Shown here piece by piece: positions 38,203-48,665 of a stretch of DNA of 48,665 bases; position 1 is the stretch's first letter, and each line of letters begins with the position of its first letter. The stretch is from Chiloscyllium plagiosum (Eukaryota). The stretch spans positions 23,200,773-23,249,437 of the forward strand of contig NC_057718.1 in assembly GCF_004010195.1 (NCBI RefSeq), written 5' to 3'. A program made the position numbers and the translations under genes. The notes under the pieces are model-generated. The model saw only the letters and a list, made by a program, of their open reading frames with translations. It was not told where the DNA came from and did no database searches.

Positions 38203-40259
38203 CAGTTGTATGTGATGTATTCAAGGCTGAGAACAATGCGTTCTGTAAACCGTAGTAGGTGACATTTGGATTGAACAAGAAAGTGAAATCGAAGATAAGG
38301 TTCAGCCATAATCTTATTAAATTAAATGGCAGAGCAATCTTGAGGGGTTGCAAAGCCTGGACCTACTCTTTTTTGCCTTATTTAGGAGACTGGAAGCATT
38401 CATAAGGATTAGTTAGTCTAAGATCCTTTACAGCGTATTTCAACTGTAACTATGTTGTATAATACATGGAAGAGGTCAAATATGCCCTGGAACCATAATA
38501 GTAACTGAATAGATTATCCACTTTCAGTGGCTAATTCCAAACTCATCTGGTTCAGTTCCACAGTAAATGCCTCAGGTTGTGTTTCATATGAAGCACCTAG
38601 AAATAAAACAGAGGCAACCTGAACAATAATGAACTCACTCGCTCTGCTATAGTTGAATCTTGTTAAATTGCCAATGGATTACAGGCAGTGAGCTCCGGAA
38701 GGAAGGAACCCAAAGCTTTCCCTGGTCAATTGGGGTATAGACCAATTAAAATATTTAACATTGGTTTTCTGAAGAGTTTATTTTTCATCAAAGCTGTTGT
38801 TTAATTATTTGCTAATATGTCAGTTTTCCAAATGTGAGCTTAAGAACAGGAAATAGGTTTATGTATTGGAAGAGACTGGAACAATTCAGTTCCCAAAGGA
38901 CAGTTCTATTCAATCTAAATTCCATGAAAATCCCGGGATGAAAATTCGAGTCGATTCAATTGCCATCTATACTGAATTCCAAATGAACAGTACAGCATTG
39001 TTGTTTAGACAACCAGTGGCAGGAAGATATACATTAGGCATAGATTAAGTGAAATTTAAAAGCTCCCTGGTCCTGGTTAACTCACTGTTTGCTTTATGGT
39101 GTTCAGGACAGGGAAACTGCTGGTCTGGTGCATGGCCTTGCTGTTCAAAGACCGAGCACTGGCATCTGCCGAGGAACCCTAATCTGATAAATCGGGAGTC
39201 TATAATAATTGTTTGGAGGATGGCTATAAAGGAATGACCTAATACTTCCTCATCAACTGGTTACTAATGTATGCAAACCTAAAGAGCAGTAACACCTCCA
39301 GGTCACCGGTTTTGGTAAAATTATTGAATATAAAGAAGAGATTTTGCCTGAACGGGGTTTGATCACTTTCTATTATGTTGGATGATTATTAGTGCACAAG
39401 ACTTGGATTGGCAGAAGATGAAGAGAAGGAATGACAACCATGCTTTTGATATCTGGCCTGGGCAGTCAGGTTATAATGGCAATGGGAGACAGGTAGTTCG
39501 GGTATAATAGGAAGCATTCATTATAGCTATCCGTTATAAGTAGACATTTCATTTCACAGACAACTGACTGTCTGGGCTAATAATAAGTTGAAAGGTTGCC
39601 ACAGGGGAGCATGCTTCCAATTGCATGCCATGCCTCAAGTAGTCCTGGACTAACATAGAGGGTGAGACCTTTATATCCTCAGATCACATACTATTGTGCA
39701 TTGTTGTGATCACACTATTTAAAGGTATACTGACATGCTGTTCATGAGCCATACTACAGCAGTCACATGCTCGAAATTCTTGTTAGTTTCTGATTAGAAT
39801 GTTCCCTCTTAAAGTGATATCACAAGAGACTTGAGAAAAGTTGCTGACAAATAATAATAAAGATCTAGTGATTCTCAGAGTCTTGGATATCTTATAGAAA
39901 GAAGAAGGATTCTCACTGATAACAATCTAGGAAATAATGATATTCTTATCCTTTTAATGAATTGTACAGACAGCAAAATAAAGATCATGAAATACATAGT
40001 CGAAGCTATGCTGTTGTCTACGTTGTGCCAAGGTTCAGGACATCTCTTCTGGGCCACAGAAAAACTTGGAGAGAGAAGGGAAGGATTCTATAGTGGTGAT
40101 CCGTATAGGTAGCAATTATGCAGGTGGGATTCAGAAAACATTTCTTCTAAGGGATTGTGAGTAGCTCGGGAATAAATTAAAAAGCAGAACCACAAAGGTA
40201 AGATTAAAATTTCTGCATTTCTACCTCCACCACAGGCAAGTTGACATAGTCACACTCAT

Positions 40260-40520
40260 TCCCTCCATTGTTCAACAGGGGTGTCACACAAACAATTTAA
40301 CAATCTGCTGGAATCCTCCCAGAATCCAGTGAGTTTTGGAATATTCAGTGAATTTCTCCTCTGTCTCTGCAGCCACTTCCTTTAACTCTTTCAGATCCTG
40401 ATAACTTGACTGCCTTTAGTCCTATTAGTTTGTTAAATACTTAGTCCTGATAGAGATTGTTCAAGATCTTTCCTCCCAGTAAAATTTTGCTTATCTGCTT
40501 TCTTTGGGATGTTAACTCCA
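40260..40520 (-). repeat. Inverted copy of CR1 segments 43115-43178 and 43680-43810
   Basis: ccctccattgttcaacaggggtgtcacacaaac is nearly the reverse complement of 43777-43810. Confidence 0.8.
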
Positions 40521-40983
40521 TTTGATATACCCATCTCATTGAGTATATTTAGGATGGAGATAGATAGGTTCTTGAGTATCAAAGGGATCAAGGGTTTCGG
40601 GGAGAAAGCAGAAGAATAGGGTTGAGAAACTTTTCAGACATGATTGAATAGCAGAGCAGATTCGATGGGCTGAATGGCCTAATTTCTGCTCTATGTCTTG
40701 TGGTCTTTATAGGAAAGTCAGATTAGAGAGGTAATTACATGGCTTCAAGATTGGTGTTGGAGAAATGGATTCTGATTCATGGACACTGACTCCAGTGCTG
40801 GACAAGCAGAGAGCTGTTTCGTGAGAAAGGTTTCATTTCAGCCATGCTTGGATCAGTCAATTGGATGACTAAAATTAAAGGTAGGGGTTCAAAGTTTGTG
40901 AGAAGATTTGTAGCTCGGGTGCTCGTTGTTGTGGTTCTGTTCACCGCGCTGGGAATTTGTGTTGCAGACGTTTCGTCCCCTGT

Positions 40984-41516
40984 CTAGGTGACATCCTCCA
41001 TGCTTGGGAGCCTCCTGTGAAGCGCTTCTGTGATCTTTCCTCCGGCATTTGTAGTGGTTTGAATCTGCCGCTTCCGGTTGTCAGTTCCAGCTGTCCGTTG
41101 TAGTGGTCGGTATATTGGGTCCAAGTCGATGTGCTTATTGATTGAATCTGTGGATGAGTGCCTTGCCTCTAGGAATTCCCTGGTTGTTCTCTGTTTGGCT
41201 TGTCCTATAACAGTAGTGTTGTCCCAGTTGAATTCATGTTGCTTGTCATCTGCGTGTGTGGCTACTAAGGAAAGCTGGTTGTGTCGTTTCATGGCTAGTT
41301 GGTGTTCATGGATGCGGATCGTTAGCTGTCTTCCTGTCTGTCTTATGTAGAGTTTTGTGCAGTCCTTGCATGGGATTTTGTACACTACATTAGTTTTGCT
41401 CATGCTGGGTATCGGGTCCTTTGTTCTGGTGAGTTGTTGTCTGAGAGTGGCTGTTGGCTTGTGTGCTATTATGAGTCTTAGAGGTCGCAGTAGTCTGGCT
41501 GTCAGTTCGGAAATGC
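40984..41516 (-). pseudogene. Inverted second copy of the GIY-YIG domain
   Basis: ORF 40984..41604- VVYKIPCKDCTKLYIRQTGRQL (YIG changed to YIR). Confidence 0.9.
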
Positions 41517-41685
41517 ACGCAAAAGAAGTTGCATCAAGACACTGTTCAAAAGGGCCACAACACACTGCAGTACACCAGAACTGCAAAAAGAGGAAGAAGA
41601 ACACCTATACAATGTATTCGCCAAAAACGGATACCCGCGCAATTTCATCAACAGATGCCTAAGTGAAAGACAACGGAACGAGGAC

Positions 41686-42261
41686 ATGCCACAACCCAAA
41701 GGACTAGCCACACTACCACACATCAAGAGCATTTCGGGACTGACAGCCAGACTACTGCGACCACTAGGACTCATAACAGCACACAAACCAACAGCCACGC
41801 TCAGACAACAACACACCAGAATGAAGGACCCGATACCTAGCATGAGCAAAACCAATGTAGTGTACAAAATCCCATGCAAGGACTGCACAAAACACTACAT
41901 AGGACAGACAGGAAGACAGCTAATGATCTGCATCCATGAACACCAACTAGCCACGAAACGACACGACCAGCTATCCTTAGTAGCCACACACGCAGATGAC
42001 AAGCAACATGAGTTTGACTGGGACAACACTGCTATTATAGGACAAGCCAAACAGAGAACAACCAGGGAATTCCTAGAGGCATGGCACTCATCCACAGATT
42101 CAATCAATAAGCACATCGACCTGGACCCAATATACCGGCCACTGCAGCGGACAGCTGGAACTGACAACCGGAAGCGGCAGATTCAAACCACTACAAATGC
42201 CGGAGGAAAGATCACAGAAGCACTTCACAGGAGGCTCCCAAGCACTGAGGATGTCACCTAG
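41686..42261 (+). pseudogene. PLE ORF C-terminal part with GIY-YIG endonuclease domain (5'-truncated, no RT)
   Basis: NVVYKIPCKDCTKHYIGQTGRQL..HEH..REFLEAWH..IN motifs. Confidence 0.9.
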
Positions 42262-42281
42262 ACAGGGGGCGAAACGTCTGC
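42242..42281 (+). ncRNA. Minimal type I hammerhead ribozyme motif, intact core
   Basis: gca-CTGAGGA-t-gtcacct-agac-agggggc-GAAACGTC-tgc; predicted cleavage after C42278. Confidence 0.75.
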
Positions 42282-43178
42282 AACACAAATTCCCAGCGCG
42301 GGGAACAGAACCACAACATTATTGGTAGGGCTTTAAATTAATTTGTTGGAGTGGAAGGAGGGTTCAATTGAAGGGAAGTTTAAAGAATCAAAGAGAAATG
42401 AGAAAAAAAACAAGATAGTGAAGAGGTGGACGATAATCTATGGAAGACTGCAGGAGACATTAAAACCAGAGCAAGTAATAATGGTAAAAAGTGAAGTCTT
42501 AAGGCTCTTTATCTGAATGCATGTGACATTTATAACAAGATAGATGAGTTGACAGCACAAATAGAAATTGAAATTGACAACTATGACTTGACAGCTGTTA
42601 CAGAGATATGGTTGCAAGGTGACTGAGACCGGGAACTCAATATTCAAAAATATTTGACCTTCCAGAAGGACATGCAAAATGGAAAAAAAAGTGGGGTAGC
42701 TTACTTAATAAAGGATGGTAACAAGGCACCGGTGTGATTTTAAGAAAAAGGACTTGATGAGAAGGATGATCCATCTGTAATTAATAAAGATGGTCAAGGT
42801 GAGCATTAATTAATAATTTAAGAGATACAAAGTGTTAAAAAAAAACTAGTGGCAGACCAGAAGATTGGGAATTGTTAGGAATCAGCAGTGAACGACTAAA
42901 AAGATAATAAAGGTGGAGAACAATGTTTATGAAAGTAATTTTGGCAAGAAATATAAAAATAAACTGTTTTGTGGGTGTCTAAAAGAGAAAAAGAGTAGCT
43001 AAAGTAAGTGTGAAACCCCTGAAGGATGTAAGTGAGGAACTAATAACAGGTAGGGAAAAATGGCAGATAAGTTAAACTAATATTTTGCATCAGCTTCCAT
43101 GGTGGAGGACAATTTAAACATCCCAAAGATAACAGATAAGCAAGGTTTTAAAGGGAGGAAAGATCTTTAACAATCTCT

Positions 43179-43636
43179 AGGGTTGGAGGATCTGAGCTAT
43201 AGGGAGAGGCTGAACAGGCTGGGGCTGTTTTACTTGGAGCATCGGATGCTGAGGGGTGGCCTTATAGAGGTTTACAAAATTGAGGGGCATGGATAGGATA
43301 AATAGGCAAAGTCTTTTCCCTGGGGTCAGGGAGTCCAGAACTAGAGGGCATAGGTTTAGGGTGAGAGGGGAAAGATAGAAAAGAGACCTAACGGGCAACT
43401 TTTTCATGCAGAGGGTGGTACGGGTATGGAATGTGCTGCCAGAGGAAGTGGTGGAGGCTGGTACAATTGCAACATTTAAAAGGCATTTGGATGGGTATGT
43501 GAACAGGAAGGGTTTGGTGGGATTTGGGCCGGGTGATGGCAGGTGGGACTAGATTGGGTTGGGATATCTGGTCGGCATGGACAGGTTGGACCGAAGGGTC
43601 TGTTTCCATGCTGTACATCTCTGTGACTCTATGACT
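43179..43636 (+). mobile_element. Young CR1 3' fragment nested in old CR1
   Basis: High similarity to 1945-2366; ends ctctgtgactctatgact. Confidence 0.9.
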
Positions 43637-43830
43637 AAAGGCAGCCAAATCACCCAGGATGTGAAGGCCTGTATCCAAGGAGTTTAAAGGAAGTGGCTGT
43701 AGAGACAGTAAAGAAGTTCACTGAAATATTCCAAACCTCACTGCATTCTGGGAAGATTCCAGCACATTGTTAGACAGTTTGTGTGACACCCCTGTTCAAC
43801 AATGGAGGGAGACAGAGTAGGAAATTATAA

Positions 43831-43930
43831 TTCTGAGGAAGGGTCATTGGACCAAAAATGTTAACTCTGATTTCTCTACACGGATGCTGCCAGACCTGCT
43901 GAGCTTTGCCAGCAATTTCTGTTTTTGTTT
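43831..43930 (+). mobile_element. PLE family B pseudo-LTR fragment starting at the hammerhead core
   Basis: tt-CTGAGGA-agggtcattggacc..; matches 16344-16441. Confidence 0.7.
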
Positions 43931-45124
43931 GTGAGCAAAAAACTATAGGTCAGTTAGCCTAAAATCTGGCTTTCGGGAAATGCTGGAGTACATTATTAAG
44001 GACAAAATCATAGGACAGTTAGAAAAACTTAATGCACTCAAACAGAGTCAGTATGATTTTGTGAAAGGGACATAACATTTGACAAATTTGCTGGGATTTT
44101 TTGAGGATATAACAAGCAGAGTTGTTGAAGGAGCACCTCAGTGTATTTGGATTTCCAGAAGGCATTAGCTAAGGTGCCACATAAAAAGTTATTGCTCAAG
44201 ATAGGAGCTCCTGATATTGGGAGCAGTAATAACTTTAATTAAAGATTGGTGAACACAGAATGCATTCTGAGTTAATTGGTCTTTTTCTAACTAGTTACAT
44301 TAGGAAAGCGTAACTAGTGGTGTCTGACAAGGATCAGTTATAAGGTCTCAGTTATTTACTATATATATTAATGACATTGAGGTGGGCCAGTTTACAACTT
44401 GCTGATGTTACAAAAATGATTGGAGGGCATGTTATGGTAACATAAGGAACTGCAATGGGATATAGATAGTTTGAGATAGTGATGAAAACTTGACAGATGG
44501 ATCTTAATGTAAGGTCGGTCAGAATAAAAGCAGACTATTATTTAACTAGGTGGAGACTTCAATAGAAATACACTACAGAGAGATCTGAGTGTTCATGTGC
44601 ATGAAACACAAAAATAGTTAGTATATAGATGAAGCAAGTAAGGAGTCAAATAAAATTTTGGTCTTAATTATTAGCCGTTGGAGTTTAAGAACAGGGAAGT
44701 TTTGTTGCAACTGTTCAGAATACTGGTGAGGTCATACCTGGAATACTGTGTACGGTTTTGGACCCTGTATTTACAAAAGTGCACATTGATATTAGCAGCA
44801 GTTCAAAACAGATTCACTCAATTGTTTCCTGGAATGAAAGGTTTGATTTATCAAGAACAGCTATACAGTTTAGATCTTTATTCATTAGAGTTTAGAAGAC
44901 TGAGCGGTGATCTTTTTTAAGCATACAAAGTTCTGAGGGGCCTTGACAAGGTAGGTGTGAAGATGTTTCCACTTGTGCAAGAACCTCAAACGAGGAGACA
45001 CATTTACAGAATAAGGGCTCTCTCATTACAAAGTGAGATGTGAAGGAATGGACACTCAGAAGTGACTGTAGTAGTGTTGCCACCAGCTTTCCAGCACTAG
45101 ATGGATCCACCAGAGTCAGCGAGT

Positions 45125-45548
45125 CGAAGTCATAGAGTTGTACAGCACAGAAACAGATGGTTTGTTTGGTCCAAATCAGTTTATGTGAATCAGATATTCT
45201 AAATTAATCTAGTCCCATATGCCAGTATTAGGCCCATATCCCTCCAAACCCTTCCTATTCATGTACACATCCAAATGCCCTTTAAATATTGCACTCATAT
45301 CAGCCTCCACCACTTCCTCTGGCATTCCATACACACATCCTCTGTGTGAAAAAGTGCCCCTCGGTCCCTTTTATATCTTTCCCCTCTCACCCTAAACCTA
45401 TGCCCTCTAGTTCTAGAGTCCTCCACCCCGGGGAAAAGACCTTGTCTATTTATCCTATCCGTGCCCCTCATGATTTCATAAACCTCTATAAGGTCACCCC
45501 TTAGCCTCTGACACTCCAGGGAAAATAGCCCCAGCCTATTCAATCTCT
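45125..45548 (-). mobile_element. CR1 3' fragment
   Basis: ORF 45295..45558- RLNRLGLFSLE..RLRGDLIEVY..RTRGH. Confidence 0.9.
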
Positions 45549-45712
45549 CAAATTTCACTCTTCACTTCACAATGTTTTGCAGGAATTGTGAACGAGAAGG
45601 AATACTGATGAACACTGATGGTCACTGTGTAGGAATTATGAACGCTCAGTTTCAAGTTAAAAATATCATTAAGTTTGATAAAATTTAATTCTTCAACTTG
45701 ACTGATCCACAC

Positions 45713-46572
45713 CTGCTGCCTGTTCAGCAGCGTTGACAGCATCTCATCCTTTGGGGATTGACAGGGCAACATGTCAAATATTTTTGAATTTTCTTTGCCT
45801 GAAATCACTGAAATTACAGCCTGATATTGCCATGTTTTCTATTGCAGTATCAAGGAAAAGCTAACAAAACAGCCCACACTGTTTATACAGTGAGAATCAG
45901 ACACACTATTTCAATTGAAACTCTCTAAAATATATTTTACAGTCCTCTCTAATTTAACTGGAGTTCCCAAATTTTCAGTTTTGTAACATGTATAGATCAT
46001 GCTAGTAGATTTCACATCTATAATTCTGCACATTTTAGCCACAGCACTGTCACTTGTACTGAAAGAGAAATTAAGATGGAGACCCTTTTTCATGGAAGCT
46101 GAAATATACAGCTTTTTCAGATAGAAATTAACTATAAGTTATTGACATTGTCGATTATCAAGTAAAATACAGTGATCACTGGAAATCTAACAGCAACACT
46201 GAGAATTTTGGTGAAACTCAGCAGGTCAGCAGAGAGAGAATCAGAGTTAATATATGGAGGAATGGGTTTTTTCTTATAGCACATTTTAGAAACCAACATT
46301 GGTTTCTCTTTCATAACTCCTGTCCAATTAATGCTTCAGATATGCTTTGACATCATGTTTCAGAAGCCAAGTGGTTTACCTAAAGTCATCAGTGTCCTCA
46401 CAGCCCTGCACCATATGTGTGGAAGGATTGTCATTCTCCATGGCAAACACGTACCTCGTGAGCAGCAGTATGGATGTGCTAAATGTCATCCTTAAATCTA
46501 ATGAGTTTTCATTCTCCAGCATTGTAATCACCCTTCATCATAATCACTTCTCATACATAGGGCAGTTAGCAC
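45713..46572 (-). other. Three candidate exons (46572-46380, 46058-?, 45798-45713)
   Basis: Acceptors ttttgtag|, ttctctttcag|, atttcag|; donor AG|gtaaac; first two join in frame (..DDF-S-TSDSAV..); donor of the middle exon not identified. Confidence 0.3.
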
Positions 46573-47214
46573 CTACAAAAGTTAACTAACATTGTACAAT
46601 AAGTTTCGCCCAACCAGTCAAAAATGACAATTGCTTGGAGGAACTAACAAATGTCTTATTTCAGTCCCAGTCAAGAGGTAATACCATGTATTAAGAACAG
46701 TGTATACTTACTCTTAAATATAGCCTGAGGTTTGACAAAGAACACTCTCAAAAGCAGTTGTAATGTAGCTGGCTACTAATTAACAAGCAATTAATCTATT
46801 CTGCTTCTCATCACTGAGCCTCACTTTTGCAGAAGATTTTGTGTGGGTATCCTTTCCTACTTGTTATCAGTACCTTGAGCTAATACCAATAAGAAGTTTG
46901 GTGGCAGTGAAGCTACCCATGGCATGTCAGATATTTCTGGTGGAGGCAATGTGCCAACTTCCACATTGTTACCCTGTTTAGAAAAATGTTCAGGGATATG
47001 ATCTTGTTCAGATTGATTGCCCTTGAATACTGCGACAAAATGCTAACAAAAAACTGCAAATTCAAAGAGAAGAATTATGCCCCAATAATTCTGTCAGTTT
47101 GGTACAAAGTACTTTCTGGGATTTGCAGTTAATTTCCTGCAGTGATATAATAATTGTCTCTCCTGCAGCTCTGGAAGGTTTTCTTGTAGGTGGCAGCTGT
47201 GTGTGTAGGAACAG

Positions 47215-47460
47215 ATGCATTTAGAACAGGAGAAGGACATTTGGCCCTGTTAGTCTCCTGTGTTCTATAATAATCTGATTGTGGCCACAATGCTACATCC
47301 CCACCTAGTTCCTAATAAGCACTGACTCCCTTATTTAATAACAGATCCACTTCAGTCTTAAAAGTATTGAATGATCTCAGCTCAACTGCTGTCTAGGAGA
47401 CAGCGTTCCAAATGATTATGACTATCTGAGAGAAATGGAATTATGTTCATATGCCTTTTA
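47215..47460 (-). mobile_element. Degenerate CR1 3' fragment
   Basis: tagaacaggagaaggacatttggccc..gttccaaatgatt reverse-complement CR1 end. Confidence 0.6.
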
Positions 47461-48287
47461 ACTTGTGGATATCGAAATGTCATCTGTTGGTACCTTCAAA
47501 ACCTTTTGGACAAATCTCTACTGGAACTTGCCATTATTCCTTTATGTTCTTGTTAAGAATTTGCCCCCTTTTTTTGGTACTTAATAGTGTTCTTTTCTCT
47601 TTCATCAGTTCAAAAACTGATTCCATAAACAAATCTTTGCTACAGTATGGAATCAGTAATAAACCTTTGCATGGCTGTGTGCTTTAAGGATTAACAGTGA
47701 CCTTACTTGCAGTAATCTTCTTACCAGATTAAGCACAGTCATGAACTACTCAACCATGTTCACTTGGACTGGCAGATATTAAATCCAGATAACGTTTTTT
47801 TTCAGATTACAACTGTGCCTGTTAATCTTTTAATATAAAGGACATTATCATCTCAATAATTTGACCCAAGCACAAGGAGTTACTTATAATAAGTGCAGGT
47901 GATAACAAGTGAAAATTTACTGAATTATTACATAATAGTTTAATAGATGTGAAGTATCAAGCTCCATTAACAGTAGGCACAGTATGTACTTAACTTAAGA
48001 AAATGGCAGTCTGACATATAAACAGATTCTGGAACAGTTTAGGATATTCGGCTTTTGCGGGGAGAGAAAGACATTAATTATTCTTTGTTAGATTTATTTT
48101 TAGTTGATGAAGAAAAACATTCTGGTAAACGGCAGGGTGAATTGTGTAAACTTCAGCTTTTTTGTGGCACTTGCTTCAGAAAATATCAAATTTTGAAGTT
48201 TGAAGTGAGCTTCCCAGCTGATCCATTACTGTTTTGTGAAATGGGAATATCACACTGGTGTAACAGAAGTGGTTCTTTGATCTGAAA

Positions 48288-48665
48288 ACATATGCACACA
48301 TCCACACATATATGCACACACATATATACGCACACACATACATGCGCGCACACACATACAGATACATACACACACACACACATATATATATATACATGCA
48401 CACACACATACAGATACACATATATGCACACACACACATATACACACACACATACAGATACATACACATACACCCAAACACACACATACAGGCACACAGA
48501 CATATACCCAAACACACACATGCGCACACACATACAGATACATACATACACACACATATATACACACACACATACAGATACATACACATACACCCAAACA
48601 CACACATACAGGCACACAGACATATACCCAAACACACACATGCGCACACACATACAGATACATAC
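48288..48665. repeat. Compound (CA/TA)n microsatellite with 120-bp higher-order repeat
   Basis: 48438-48545 is identical to 48558-48665. Confidence 0.95.

Larger units (their letters stand above)
40894..42318. mobile_element. Large fold-back PLE (family D): 590-bp inverted arms, 212-bp spacer, 33-nt tail
   Basis: 40927-41516 is inverted to 41729-42318; possible TSD 40880-40893 / 42324-42337 (12/14). Confidence 0.95.
40000..45060 (+). mobile_element. Old near-full-length CR1 with multiple nested insertions
   Basis: Esterase-like KVQDISSG..VVIRIGSN, endonuclease LYLNACDIYNKIDEL..VTEIWLQG, YLDFQKA, RSYLEYCVRFW (44678..44920). Confidence 0.85.

Noticed and set aside
43179..45548. Inverted pair of young CR1 3' ends
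   Set aside because: Expected by chance given CR1 density; no shared unusual variants noticed
48176..48663. Three long Cys/Val/Tyr-rich ORFs
   Set aside because: Stop-free translations of a TG/TA microsatellite

Overview
Eukaryotic, repeat-rich genomic DNA. The repeat content (HE1-type V-SINEs, SacSINE1-like DeuSINEs, abundant CR1-type LINEs) points to a cartilaginous fish, most likely a shark. Almost all ORFs in the track are retroelement fragments or chance ORFs, and no recognisable host protein is present. The main structure is a dense set of Penelope-like element (PLE) derivatives from at least four families. Several are head-to-head fold-back insertions with one arm about 31-39 nt longer than the other. 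Most are flanked by 14-17 bp target-site duplications (TSDs). Each family carries a minimal hammerhead ribozyme motif (CTGANGA-helix II-GAAA plus a palindromic ACGT/AGCT helix III). They form a size series: a 1.8 kb and a 1.4 kb ORF-containing fold-back, a 575 bp intermediate, and ~200 bp non-coding hairpins (one with perfect 93-bp arms). The hairpins look like MITEs but are apparently made by retrotransposition, and their junctions cluster at the ribozyme core. Also seen: a 192-bp tandem duplication, an inverted CR1 pair sharing inactivating mutations, a 120-bp higher-order microsatellite, and a tentative chain of phase-compatible minus-strand exons of an unidentified gene. Repeat family names come from recognition, not database searches. 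Boundaries of old repeats are approximate.
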